Of a stretch of 64,000 nucleotides of DNA, positions 11,630 to 26,169 are shown piece by piece. Location: assembly GCA_951406725.2 (NCBI GenBank), contig OX597819.1, positions 101,742,001 to 101,806,000 of the forward strand, in the 5' to 3' direction. The notes beneath the pieces are model-generated. The model was not told the DNA's origin. It ran no database searches and saw nothing but the letters and a program-made list of their open reading frames with translations. The translations under genes and the position numbers were made by a program. The first letter of the stretch is position 1. Every line of letters starts with the position of its first letter. This DNA comes from Octopus vulgaris. Lineage: Eukaryota.

Positions 11630-11975
11630 GCAGTTCCGTGCTCAGTCCCACTGCGTGGTAGCTTGGGCGAGAGTTTTCTACTATAGCCTCGGGCCGACCA
11701 AAGCCTTGTGAGTGGATCTGGTAGACGGAAACTGAAAGAAGCCTATCGTATATATATATATATATACATATCTATATGTTTGTGTGTTTGTGTTTGTGTG
11801 TCTGTGTCTGTATCTGTGTTTGTCCCTCCCACCATTGCTTGACAACCGATGTTGGTGTGTTTACGTCCCCGAAACTTAGAGGTTCGGCAAAAGGAACCGA
11901 TAGAAAAAGTACTTGGCTTACAATGAATAAGACTGCATAGCCGCAGTCAAATGACTGAAACAAAATAAAATATAA
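11630..11975 (+). mobile_element. SINE family A copy
   Basis: CAGTCCCACTGCGTGG...GGTAGACGGAAACTGAAAGAAGCC...CCGCAGTCAAATGACTGAAAC. Confidence 0.8.
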
Positions 11976-12116
11976 AAATGTAATCTTGATGGGGAAGACA
12001 TATTGAATATTTGGGTCATAGATACTCAAGGCTGGATTGGTTAAAGCTGAAACGTTTTTCGTCAGGAAACTGACCGGGGTTAAACCGACAATTTCAACTA
12101 TAAATGCATTTATTAG

Positions 12117-12213
12117 TAACACCACCACCACCACCACCACCACCACCACCACCACCACCACTACCACCACCACTACAACTACAGCAGCAGCAACAGCAAC
12201 AACGGCAAGAGTA

Positions 12214-12283
<70 letters not shown>
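12117..12283. repeat. (ACC)n/(ACT)n microsatellite
   Basis: Directly visible. Confidence 0.9.
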
Positions 12284-12909
12284 GCTTAACACAAGACTAT
12301 TACCAATACCTCCAGCACTGTTCGACAAACGTGATCATTGAGAACTACCACCGGCATCACCATGGATCTGGCACCAGTGCCACCACGGAACTACCAATAG
12401 TACGGCAACAGAACTACCACTAACACCACCGCCAACCTCCCTAATACCTTCGGCTTAAGCTATTTGCTGATATTATAAGAAGATCCACTATAGGGTGTTT
12501 GTAAGATGGAGGACAGGAGACGGTAAAAGTAGATGACGAGATGATGAAAGGGAAAGAGAAGGAGGAAGAGATGAGAAAATGATGGAAGGAGAAGGGGAAG
12601 GACGAGGTGAGGCGAAGATGACTTGGGGTAAAGGACAAGGAAGAGGAGCAAGAGTGGCTGCTTCCTTGAGATCAATGTCGACCTAATCAGGCGATAACAG
12701 AACGGATCAGAGAGATGTAAGGAGAGGATAGCAAACGTACATACAATCAGCGAAACACATACACATACATGATGCATACACATGCAAACATGTATATACA
12801 CCCAAATGTATATGTGTGTGTGCTTGTGTGTATACCCTTACAAGAAACACATACATGCACACACTTATACATACATATATACGTACACAGATACACATAT
12901 AGTTATATA

Positions 12910-13300
12910 CGCACGGGCGTGGCTGTGTGGTAACAAGCTTGCTTCCTAACCACATGGTTCTGGGTTCAGTCTCCCTGCGAGTTGCCTTGGGTAAGTATCT
13001 TCTACTGTAGCTTTGGGCTGGCCAAAGCCTTATGAGAGGATTTGGTAGACGGAAACTGAAAGAAGCCCGTCGTGTTGTATAAATATGAGTATATTTATGC
13101 ACGTGTCTGTGTTTATCTTCCCACCATCGCCTGACAATTTATGTTGCTATGTTTATGTACCCATAACTTAGCGACTCGGCAAAACAGACCGATAGAATAA
13201 GTACTAGGCTATCAGAGAATATCTTAGACTAAAACCCTTCACAGCAATGCTCCAGCATGGCCGCAGTCACATGACTGAAACAACTAAACGAATAAAAGAA
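12910..13300 (+). mobile_element. SINE family A, near full length
   Basis: A-box-like TGGCTGTGTGG, B-box-like GGTTCAGTCTC, central CCTTGGGTAAGT, tail TGCTCCAGCATGGCCGCAGTCACATGACTGAAAC. Confidence 0.85.
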
Positions 13301-13494
13301 GCATACGATCTTATACACACAAACGCTTACACTCATACGATGGGAAACATGCACGCATACATACATGTAGACACACGCACATACACACACGAGTGAAAAC
13401 ATGTACATGCATACGCACACATAATCTCCCATAGACACGCAGAAAACTTGTGTAAATACCAGTAGTACTGTCCGGGATGACACTGAAACAACAG

Positions 13495-13862
<368 letters not shown>

Positions 13863-14211
13863 TTTGCTGTTCTCTATCCCTGTGGACATTTGGTAAACAT
13901 TATTCCAGCCGTGTGCATCAAGTCCATATTTTGGGCAATTGTCTACTACAGATACCCATATCCAGTTTCTCAGAGTTTTTTTTTAAAGAGAGCTTGTGTA
14001 AGTTTTAATGGATTTTTGGCTGATATTTCTACCAGTTCTAATATACACACATACACACTCACACACACACATACACACACATGCAGGATTACAAGGTGGC
14101 TCACACCGTATTCAAGCTTGCATACATATAAACATGTGTACATAAGCACTTATGAAAGCTTGCATAGACGCATGTACATGAACAAACCACACACACATAC
14201 ACACACACTAA

Positions 14212-14269
<58 letters not shown>

Positions 14270-14364
14270 CACACACACACAGAAACATACACTAACTGCA
14301 AGGAAACAGTCACCACTTTAGTATATTTGGTAGATATTGCTGACGTTGCGATCGCTGCTTTTGA

Positions 14365-14524
14365 TAATGATGACGATATGATGACGACGACGACGACGTC
14401 GATGATAACGTTGATGATAACGATGATGATGACGACGACGATGATGATGCTGATGATGAAGACGACGACGACGACGACGACGATGATGATGATAACGTTG
14501 ATGATAACGATGGTGATGATGATG

Positions 14525-14556
<32 letters not shown>

Positions 14557-14601
14557 GATGATGAAGACGATGATGATGATGATGATGATGATGATGAAGA
14601 C

Positions 14602-14646
<45 letters not shown>

Positions 14647-14695
14647 GACGATGATGATGATGATGATGAAGACAATGACGACGACGAAGATGATT
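14365..14695. repeat. (GAT)n/(GAC)n microsatellite
   Basis: Directly visible. Confidence 0.9.
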
Positions 14696-15332
14696 ATGCT
14701 ACAATTGCCCTTAATACTACTCAAGGAAGCTCTTTGAAGTAGTGAGAGTAGGAAAGAAGAAAGAGCGATAGAGAGAATGAGAGGTGGGAGACACGCAGAG
14801 AAGTAGAAATATAAGAAAACCAACTCATGACAGATTATAGAGCTTTGGAAGAGAAAAAGAAGAATAGGCAAAAAGAGCAAATATGAGGATATGTACACAC
14901 ACATACATACACGCACATACACACACACACACACACACATAGAAGTATACACATAAATATAAATATATATGAAATGATATCATGAGACAATATCAGGGAT
15001 ATTTCCAATAGTCATTTCCTGTAGCTGCTTCAATAATTCTTACGTAACATTATAATATCAATCGCAATTATATTATTATATAATTACATAGGACAACGGA
15101 CTCATATTATGAAGGATTTTTTTCAATATATATTCTAAGTGTGTATGTATGCATGTATGTACACTCTGACCCCGATCGTGTAGCTGCTTCAAGGAAACTT
15201 CGAATCATGTAGAACAGATTTGATTACTTATTAAATACAAACAACTCTATCCAAATTTCTAGCCACTTATATATATATGTGTGGGGGGGGTATGTGTGTG
15301 CGTGCGTGTAAAGATATATATATATATATATG

Positions 15333-15405
<73 letters not shown>

Positions 15406-15408
<3 letters not shown>

Positions 15409-15468
15409 CTATAGAACTGACTGGAGGACGCTGATCCAACGAGTAACCGAGAGTCGACTTCGACTGAG

Positions 15469-15474
<6 letters not shown>
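15406..15474 (+). mobile_element. Extreme 3' end of a BovB-like RTE LINE
   Basis: Translates RTDWRTLIQRVTESRLRLSG, resembling the RTE/BovB terminal peptide pattern DRxxWRxxxxxVxxSRxRL; lies between (GA)n and (TA)n. Confidence 0.6.
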
Positions 15475-15512
<38 letters not shown>

Positions 15513-15524
15513 ATATATATATCT

Positions 15525-15850
15525 ACATAAGAATTTTTTGCGTAATGAGATAAAAAAAACCTAGTCTGTGTAGATATTAGAACATTTATAGATAGGTCTT
15601 ACGGCTGTTTCCAGGATGTTTATTAATTATATCCTTTCATCGGAGACGGTGTGACAGAATAGTTAAGTAATACCTAATTTAGATAGGACACAAAATAGAG
15701 AGTGAGGTAGAGGAAAGAAAATAGATGTGAGATATGTAGGGATATTGAAGTTGTGGATCTACAACTTCAATATCCCTACATATCTCACATCTATTTTCTT
15801 TCCTCTACCTCACTCTCTAGTTTTAGGTGTTTCCATCATTTTGTCCAACC
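15525..15850 (-). mobile_element. PLE-like terminal fragment with hammerhead-like motif (family H2) and 5' fold-back
   Basis: Minus strand 15647-15596: GUCU-CCGAUGA-A-AGGAU...AUCCU-G-GAAACAGCCGUA-AGAC; 124-bp palindrome at 15696-15819; (TA)n flanks. Confidence 0.65.
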
Positions 15851-15854
15851 TCTG

Positions 15855-15935
<81 letters not shown>

Positions 15936-17499
15936 TGATACACACACATACATATATATAAGCATATATATATGTATACTTACACGTGTGTGTGTATATA
16001 TGTCTTTCTATCCATGTATCTATATACCCCCTCACCCTTTCTCTCTGTATATATATATATGTGCATGTGCAGACCTACATGCATATATACATATATACAT
16101 TAGTTAACACAAATACTTCATGCCCGCAGGATGAATTTGGGCAACGAAAACAACAAAAATATACGCTTAGTAACAAACATGCTAATTCGCATTATATTGA
16201 AACCATCTACGCCTCGAAAGAACGTAATACTAACGCTCAGAAGCAATTGCAATTAGCTCCTAGTGACAAGGAGAGATAATCTTAAGTAATAAACTATCAG
16301 TCTCTTGAATAAACACAGTGGCATAGTTCATGTTTGGTATAGCAGACGATTTTCTAGAAATCAAAGGAAATGATTACTATTTCCTTCAACCATTGCTTTT
16401 GTGTTCTGGACATCAATGTTTTGAAACTGGCCTATTTTCTATTACATTTCAGATAGGTTCAGTGCTGAGTTGCTGAAGCAGAAATATCGCTATACAAAAT
16501 ATTCTACTCAGTACCACAGATTTAGTTGTCAGATGCTTGATATTAACCACTTGAGTACGTCACTTAATAGCTGACAATATGTGCATGAGCAGGAGAAGTG
16601 GGGGAACATCATAGACTTGGATTCTTTGGGGTTTGAATAAATGTAGCAAAATCAAAGTCTGAAGGAAATAACCATTTTTCTTACTTTCTAGGTGTGCGCA
16701 AATAAGAAATAATAGTTGCTACCCAGGGAGAAAAATCGTGTTAGACGGAGTAATAGAAGATCTAGGTACGTATTCTCTGAGAAGGAGCCAACAGGCAAGA
16801 GAGACCTTCCCACACTTACAGTCCTGTCTACTCAATAAACCGATTCCATTAACTAACAGCAAACTTATTTTCCCAGTTTCATCTCTCAGTGAACGATGAA
16901 GGGAACTAATTAAAATACATTTATCGCTGCAGCCCTTTCAAATTTTGAACGCAGATATCGGTCTTTCAGTTTGTAGAGTGTCAGGTGGCCACGTATCTCT
17001 GGTGGAAAATCGCTGACGTTGAAAAGATGTCATTAATTTGATTAGAAAAATATTTCATTGTGAAAAAAGGTTTAAATATTTGATTATCAAGAAAATAGTC
17101 TTCCTTAAAGGCCTACAATAAAAAGGCCTGTATTAGGACACAGGCCTTATATAAGTTTTGTAGAGGGTTAGTTATGGAACATGGGTTACGAATTTTGCGA
17201 TCTTGAGGTGAAAACCTAGTTGTGATGCAGTTTTGGAAACATATATGTCTCTGTGTACATACGTATACGCGCGCGTGTTTTGTGTATGTATACATTTGTG
17301 CGTATTCGTTTTGAATCATACGATTTCGTAGTGAAGGCACTGGACTCTAAGTATTTAACTAAAATAGATACGATGATAACGTAACATCACCATCATAATG
17401 ACGATGTTATTTATCATGAAGATCACAAATGATAACGACGATACAAAATAATAACAACAACACTAATAATGATAATGATAATCATAATAATAATAATAA

Positions 17500-17764
17500 T
17501 CTATATATATATAAAACTGAGAATGTGTGTCTGCCTGTCTGTCTGTCTGTGTGTTTGCCTAAAACTTGAGAACTACACAACCAATTTCATTCAAATTTTA
17601 CACATGCCTTATTTAGGGTCCATGTAGTGTCATGGGCAAAAAACTGTTTAACTTCTTGCCTAGGGCGAGCCCACAGCAATATCACATCTTCTCCACTATT
17701 TCAGTCTTGCGTGTTAAAATTGAAACAAAAACATCTCTATTGTATGTATATGGATGTATATATA

Positions 17765-17830
<66 letters not shown>

Positions 17831-18406
17831 GTATATATATATAGCTGTATATGTATAGCTGTATATGTTTAGATGTATTTCTAAAGATATACATATATGT
17901 GTATACAGGTATGTCTAGATGTATATATATATAGATGTACATGTAATATGTACACATATATATACACATATATATATGCGTACTTATATACACCCATACA
18001 CACATACACACACATGCATAAGTGCAGGTGTGGCTGTGTGGTAACTTGGCATGTGTCTTCTGCTATATTCAGAGACCGACCAAAGCCTGGTCAGTGGATT
18101 TTGTAGACAGAAACTGAAAGAAATCAATTGTATGTATATGTATGTATATATGTAAGTCTATGTGTGTGTCTTTGTGTTTCTCCTTCATCACTGCTTCACA
18201 ACTGGTGTTCGTTTATTTACATCCCCAAAACTTACTGGTTCCACGAGAGGAAACTGATAGAATAAGTACCAGGCTTATAAAATATAAAACAGCACTACGA
18301 AGTGTTTCATATTTTTGTTTGCCCACTCAGTTGTATCTATCAATTTATTTTGTGTGTGTATGTGTGTGTGTGTATACATATATATATACATATATGTATA
18401 CACACA

Positions 18407-18473
<67 letters not shown>

Positions 18474-18993
18474 CATAGTTCTTGAACCGTTACTTCAAGT
18501 AACGACTAGGGTAAGGTAACTGACTGCTTATTGTGATCATTCGTCTTTTAGTTTCCTGTAGCTTTGCTCTCTTTTACAAATCCAGTGAACATATATTTCC
18601 TATTTCAAAGAAATTCAAACAATAGAAACAACACCCAAGTTAAAAAGATTTTCAACAATTCAACTTCTCTGGTTGACATTAAGATGCCCACTGCCAACAG
18701 GGGCCTTAACTCTCACATTTTAGAGCTCCATGACCTTCATTTTTTAGAAGCGAAATCTTTTTAACAGGTTCAATAACACTGGAATTTTGGAATATGCGCA
18801 TAAAAATCAGTAGTATGGGATACATGTGGCACGATTACAAATTTTTTAGGGTTTGTAAAAGAGGGAAATAACCCTCATCTGCAATTTTGATGAAATTCGA
18901 AACATAGATATTCCAGTTCATTACAGAAAATATAACAGAAAAGTCTAATTCTTCAATTGAATGTAACCGGGCAACGACGGGTATCTCTGCTAG
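17500..18993 (+). mobile_element. Non-autonomous Helitron with nested microsatellites and a SINE A copy (~18023-18285)
   Basis: A|TCTATATATATATAAAACTG ... CCGGGCAACGACGGGTATCTCTGCTAG|T, inserted in (TAA)n. Confidence 0.7.
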
Positions 18994-19073
18994 TAATAAT
19001 AATAATAATAATTCATTCTTTTATTTTATTATTATATTATATTATTTTATTATTATTATATTATTATATCATT

Positions 19074-19129
<56 letters not shown>

Positions 19130-19137
19130 ACTACTAC

Positions 19138-19180
<43 letters not shown>

Positions 19181-19452
19181 TAATTTTAGAACAAACACAA
19201 GATGTAGAAACGGGAACAAGCAATTTTGATGAAATTCGAAACATAGATATTCCAGTTCATTACAGAAAATATAACAGAAAAGTCTAATTCTTCAATTGAA
19301 TGTAACCGGGCAACGACGGGTATCTCTGCTAGTAATAATAATAATAATTCATTCTTTTATTTTATTATTATATTATATTATATTATATTATATTATTATT
19401 ATTATATTATTATATTATATTATATTATTATTATTATATTATTATATTATTA

Positions 19453-19549
<97 letters not shown>

Positions 19550-19592
19550 AGAAGAAGAATATTAATAATAATAATTTTAGAACAAGCACAAG

Positions 19593-19689
<97 letters not shown>

Positions 19690-19760
19690 AAGAAGAAGAA
19701 GAAGAAGAATATTAATAATAATAATTTTAGAACAAGCACAAGATATAGAAACGGGAACAA
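18881..19760 (+). repeat. Tandem duplication of the Helitron 3' end plus (TAA)n/(GAA)n flank
   Basis: 18881-18993 is repeated at 19220-19332; flank motif AATTTTAGAACAAxCACAAGAT occurs three times. Confidence 0.85.
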
Positions 19761-20288
19761 GAAAAAAAAGAACAGAAAGAAGTAAAGGCAGAGGAATTAG
19801 TGGAAGAGGAAGTGGATGAAAGAAGCAGAAGAACAGAATACTGAAAGTAAAATAAAAAGAGAGAGAGCGAAAAAAAAGATGGCGGATATTGTGATGTCAC
19901 ACAGAATAATTTTATTTCTTTTCTTCAGCCATTAGTATGATATTGTAACTGTCTTGTGTTGAAACGTAGTGCAACTGAGTGCAATAGGTTAGACGAATCT
20001 TTGACCTTAGAGTTTCACATCAGTATAGAGATGTTTTCAACTAGCCTACTCACCACCGCGGCCTATTCACAGATGGATATCGAGGGTCGGAGTTCAAATG
20101 AGTAATTATCAATCATTTCGACATTTCATTTTCTGCACACATTTTCATTTGTTTGTGAAATGATGTATTTGTTTTTGTTTTTTTCCTTGTCTTTATCTGC
20201 TTGCGTGCGCGCGTGTCCTTCTTTCAGCTCGGTGTAGTTCTCTCTATGTATGTGTGCTTGCGCCTGTGTTTGTTTCTAATTGTGACTG

Positions 20289-20325
<37 letters not shown>

Positions 20326-22393
20326 ACGCGCGTGTGTGTGAACACGCGTGCCTGTAAATTAACGCTAGAATCACATGTACAATTGTTTTTATGCATATTT
20401 ATTTAAGCACATTATATATATATATGTGTGTGTGTGTTTGTGTATGTGTGTGTGCGTGTGTATGTGTGTGTGTGCACGTATGTTTGTGCATAAGTATGCA
20501 TACATATGCATTATAATTATATTTGTGTGTCTCTGTATAAGAGTGTGCATAGAATATGTGCACGTATAAAACTTGGAAAAAAGACCGCTGGTCTGGCAGG
20601 GAGATGTGAAGATTTTCCTACTTATTTCTGCTGCAAAGACCATTGCCATCTTTGCCATCGTAAGATGACATCACCTTCACCACCACCACCACCACCACCA
20701 CCACTATCACTCACCACCATCCCCACCTCAACCGGAGCAACGGCAACAGCAGCGGCAGCAGCAGCAACAGCAGCTGTCTTGACATCAACTACAACGAGAA
20801 CTGCAGCTTTCAAGAATAAAGCGAGAAACGAGAAAATTGTAGACATTGCCATTATTTTTGCAAGATTCAATTCCCAAATGACCATCGTCAACAACAACAA
20901 CAACAACGACAATATTATCGAGCGCATGATAAAACAATATCATTCTAATGAACATCATCACTAGCATCATACCTCTCCATCAAAACAAACAATACCACCA
21001 CTACCACCATCTCCACCACCAGTACCACTATTACTGCCACCTATACTAACACTTCCAAGAATAAAATAAATTAAAAAATAAAACAAGTATATACGTCGAA
21101 TTAATTTTGTTTTTTATCTTTTAATTTTAAAATTCTTTCAAACGAATTAATTAGAATTTTTATTTATTGTTTCTATAATTAAAATTTCTTGTCTTTATTG
21201 TTGTTTTTGTTGTCGTTGTTGTGCTTCTGCTGACGATGTTTTTATCGTTTATCACCATTGTCATCATCATCATGTCCATCATCACTGTCGTCGTCATAAT
21301 TTAATTGTTGTTATTTTTTTCTTTCTCTTTTTCTTTTCTGTCTTTAATCCTGCTACAATTAATTTCTAATATAGGCACCAGGGCTCACATTTTTAAGAGA
21401 ACACTTACGGTCAACATTTAAAAGAAAGCTATTTCTATGGGCCCTTTAGAAGGATGTATTGCCAAAATTGATCGTTGCAGGATTTGAACTCAGAACAAAA
21501 ATTCCATAACCAAATACTGTATGTTACTCTGGAAATTCTAATCTGCTAATTTGCCCTCATTAATTTTCCGGTGGTTGTAGAAGGCAGAAATGCTATGACC
21601 ATCTGATTTTTGTTAATTTAGTTTACGTCTCCTTACAGTTAAACTTTACATCATATGAGACCAACATCTCTTTCATCCTTTGTGGATTTTCCGTTGATGA
21701 ATGTAATAATGATTTCTTACGTTCACTTTCTTACAGGTTCTAGAAGAGATTGGATTTCGGCAGTCCTGGAGACAGAGAGATGGGCTTCTCAAGTACATAA
21801 ACGCTCATATATCATGATGATGCACCAAGGATTTCATCAGAAGATGAGTTTCAAGATAAGGCAAGGCAATTGTTTGGGGTCGGTTGAAGCTACTGTAACC
21901 TTCCCCCTAAAACATATCATCTTTTATCTATATTAGATAACATTAGTATTAGGGTTCCGCCGAGGTCATATTTACCTTTTCTCCTTTCAGGATCGATAAA
22001 ATAAGTACCAGTCAAATACTGATGTTGAATTAATATATCTTTTGATATATAGTGACTTCGATTGGCGTTCTGCGTTCAAATTCCGTATGGGTTCAACTTT
22101 GTTGTTCATCAATTCAAGTTCGATAAGAATATACATCAGTACAGAACACGGAGCAATCTGATCGAATATGTCCTCCCGAAATGTTTGGCCTTCTACTTTG
22201 TTCGTGTACCATCACTATCCTCAACATCATAGTCACCAACACTACCACCACCACCACCACCACCACCACCACCACCACCACCGCCTCCACAACCACCATC
22301 ATCGCCATTTTCGTCGTCGTCGCAGTCATCGTGTTCGTTGGTGCCTGGTTGTAGCTATCACTGACATCGTTGTCGTCATCATTATTATCATCA

Positions 22394-22795
22394 AGGCGTC
22401 GAGCTGGCAGAATCGTTAGCACGCCAGGCGAAATGCGTAGCCGTATTTCGTCTGCCGTTACGTTCTGAGTTCAAATTCCACCGAGGTCAACTTTGCCTTT
22501 AATCCTTGCGGGGTCGATAAATTAAGTACCAGTTACGCAGTGGGGTCGATGTAATCAACTTAATACCTATGTCTGTCCTTGAATGTCCCCTCTATGTTTA
22601 GCCCCTTGTGGGTAGTAAAGAAATAGGTATTTCGTATGCCGCTACGTTCTGAGTTCAAATTCCACCGAGGTCGATTTTGCCTCTCATCCTTTCGGGATCG
22701 ATAAGCAAAGTACCATTTATGCACTGGAGTCGATGTAATCAATTATCCCCTCCCACAAATTTCAGGCCTTGTGCCTAGAGTAGAAAAGATCATTA
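22394..22795 (+). mobile_element. SINE family B composite (full copy with tail B2 followed by 5'-truncated copy with tail B1)
   Basis: Body GTTCTGAGTTCAAATTCCACCGAGGTC...TCGATAA appears twice with different 3' tails. Confidence 0.8.
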
Positions 22796-23149
22796 TTATC
22801 ATCAATCATCATCATTATTATCTTCGTCGTTGTTGTCATCGCCATCGTCTTCATCATCTCCATCGTGTCAGGAATAGCTCGTGAGGCGGACTAAATACCA
22901 GTGTGGATGGTGTGAATGGTGGTGGTGGTGGTGTTGGTGTTGGTGGTGGTGTTGTCGTTGTTGTTGTTGTTGTTGTTGTTTTTGCAGCGGTGGTGGTGGT
23001 GGTGGTGGTGTTGGTGGTGGTGGCGGTGGTGTTGGTGGTGGTGGTGGTGGTGGTGGAGATGATGATGATGGATCGTTAATGTCTGATGACGGAGAAAGTA
23101 ACAAGAGTAAAGAATTTGACAGTAATATGCAAAGAACTTCATCAATTGC

Positions 23150-24290
23150 TCGATATTTTAATCAATTTGAAGCGAATGACCTCATCAGGGATTTGACCCT
23201 TTCCGAAGAAGTCTTCTGATATTTTCTAGCCTCCATGACAAATGGTAATGATTTACTTCATTCTGGAACCAAGATTACATATTATTGTAGCAGAGAAAAA
23301 GATTTGCTCCATTTCTTCTTTGTGATATGCTATGTAGTGTTTGCAGGGATGTCAGATGTCTTCTGAGAAAAATGGGTTTAAAAGAATGACGATATTTCAT
23401 TGACAGATGCATGTGGAGTTTAAAGTGTGACTCTTAGCAGCAACATATATGTTTTATTTCAGAATGAAAATAGTGCACAAGACATTCTCTGTAGTCTAGA
23501 AATTTAGATCTAAAAAAAATGCCATGTCTGTAAACCTAAACTTGGTGACATTCCTTCTTGATTAGCAAACTGTTGATACGAAATATCCGTGCTATTTTTC
23601 TGAATTTGAGTGACAATTCAGTCTGTAGTAAGAAAAGAGTGGTTTTTGAGAGACGATATGGAGATTGAGGGAGTGGGTAACAGTTATCGATGAACGTTTG
23701 ATTTGGAAGAAAAAGAAATATTCTACCAATATTGCGTATTAAGTTCAGCCATTAGGAATCAATTTGTAAGGTAGTTTAATAAAGTTGGTGTTTGCTTTGG
23801 TTGAGGATGCAGTAAAATCACAAGATACCAGCTTGTTTAAATTGCGTAGAATCAATAGTAAACAATTTATTATGATCTGTTTTTGACTGTTCCGTCTGAG
23901 GAAAACTATACAGTTAAGAAAAAGGGTAGACAGCTACCCTGAATTATTTGAAGGTATGTTCCGTAATATGGAACAACATCGTTGCAGGCCGGAGTGGGGG
24001 CCGTGTTCCTTTCACAATCGTTTAAACCGTACACCAGGAATAAAAATAAAGTACAAGAAGAACCAGAGTAAATGGCATGTACGCATGATAGTAGATTTCT
24101 AACAGAAAATTCCAGGAGACTGAACTGTAAATTCTTCTCTTTTGAAAGTTTTATAAAACAAGTTATTTACAGGCTAAACAACTGCTCACTTTTTGTTTTA
24201 TACTCATTTTTGGATAACAATTAATTACAATTGATTCTAATGTTATAATTTTGAGCAAAAAAAAAATTGATTTAATAACTCGTATTAAGT
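23150..24290 (+). pseudogene. Heavily decayed DNA-transposon transposase (Chapaev3/CMC-like; superfamily tentative)
   Basis: Colinear peptide remnants across frameshifts: NDLIRDLTLSEE, GTKITYYCSREKDLL, YFIDRC..SLKC, VNLNLVTFLLD*QTVDTKYPC, ILPILRIK, NQSKWHVRMIVDF. They resemble the recalled family pattern LNDLVRDL / FIDSS..SLK / DLKMVNFLLGQQ.GYTKYPC / LPPLHIKLG / YQGRW...MMADYCW. Confidence 0.65.
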
Positions 24291-25299
24291 TGGTTTACTA
24301 GCATCTACTATAATTTTAGCATTAAACTATCATTTCTACTTCCAAATAACCGACTATAAATTCAGTCCTGGTACTCAAAAAGTGTCCCAGCCATACTCTG
24401 GGGTGATAAATACAGTAAGACAGAGGGAAAGGCAAAGATATGTAAAATAATTTGGTTCAGAACATTACTTTTTTTAAAATTTAGGGTATAGAAGTAGCTT
24501 GCCAAATGTTAGTGGTTCCCTTTATTTCAATATCTTTATTACAATCGCAGTTTATTCCATTTTACTACATTTATTGATATATTATTTAGCATCCTATTTT
24601 GACATCAATTTCATTATAGCTCATCTGATCGAGTTCCAGTTAAATTATCATTTTATTGCAAAGATATATTTGCTATCTTACATATGCGTGCATATATACA
24701 GAGAGAGAGAGGGGGAGAGTGAGAGAGGGAGGGTTAAGGAGAGAGATTTTATGGCAATAATGTCACGCTACCTTTCCCGATGCCTTCACCTAAAAATTGC
24801 CTATGATCCTTATTCAGGGTGATTTTTGAGTAAAGAAGAAATCTCGATATTATAAGTTAAATAAGAATTAAGGTGTAATCAAAGTTGATGTGATATATTT
24901 AGGCTTAAATGCAGCGTGGAAATTTCTTTAAAATTTGGCTATCTACTCTATTTCAAAGTATACAACTTAGTGCATGTATGTGTATGTGTGTGTGGTGTCC
25001 CTCTGTGGTTGGTAATGCCTTAAAAGTATTAGTAAAAGAACAAGGAACAGCGATAACTGATGTCAAAACTGATCACAAATTAAAAGGGGCTCGTGCGTAT
25101 GCGCAGATATAAATATTCTTTCATACCAACAGCTCGATAGCTGCAGAAAAATTTAACTTTGTCGCTAAATGTACCTAAGGTGCTGCTGTTAATTCAGATG
25201 GTTGGTTATAAATCCTTATATTCCAGTAAAACTGTCATCCAAAGGCAGCGTGAGCGTGGACATTAGAATACATGAATCAGCAGCCACCACAAATCTCCG

Positions 25300-25510
25300 T
25301 TATACTATGAGCACAAGGCCTAAAATTTCTGGGGAAGGAGCTAGTCGATTACATCGATCCTCGCACATGACTGGTACATGTTTTATCGATCATTAAAGGA
25401 TAAAACTCATTGTCGACCTTGGCAGAGATTGAACTCAAGACGTAAAGACGGACGAAATGTCGCTCGGCATTTTGCCCGGAGTGCTAACGATTCTGCTGGT
25501 TCGCCGCTTT
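25300..25510 (-). mobile_element. SINE family B copy
   Basis: GCACAAGGCCTAAAATTT...GTGCTAACGATTCTGCTGGTTCGCCGC is the reverse complement of family B. Confidence 0.75.
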
Positions 25511-25969
25511 ACAGCTGCCACTGATATAGAAATTATAACCGCGAGATGAAATGTCAGATATGGACTGGTGTATATCAAGTTACCAGCTATGGCAAATAGT
25601 GTGAAATCAATATAACGAATACAACAATTGTTCGGAAAGTTATGGTAAAATATAACAGGAAAACCAAGCTGGCAGTTTTAATAAGAGATGCATCAAGGAT
25701 AGGCAATATTTAAAAATATAAATTACGCTGATCATATTATAGACACACAAAGACATACGCAGCAATGTACATGTTTGCATTCATATATCGATACGTCGTA
25801 CGTATTTGCAGACATAGATAACCATATGTATACATGACATGCATATATCAACATGTGTGTACCTAATACACACACACACACACACACTCACACACACATA
25901 TTAACTATTTGCCATATGTATTTATAAAGAATATTGACATTCTTACATAATGTACATATGTATATACAT

Positions 25970-26040
<71 letters not shown>

Positions 26041-26133
26041 CATATATATATGCATGTATATATATATGCATATACATGTATATATATATATATGCATGTA
26101 TATATACGTTTACACACAAACATACACACACAC

Positions 26134-26169
<36 letters not shown>

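Noticed and set aside
21715-21865. Candidate exon after CTTTCTTACAG
   Set aside because: No canonical GT donor at the apparent end, no recognisable peptide, and stops in two frames.
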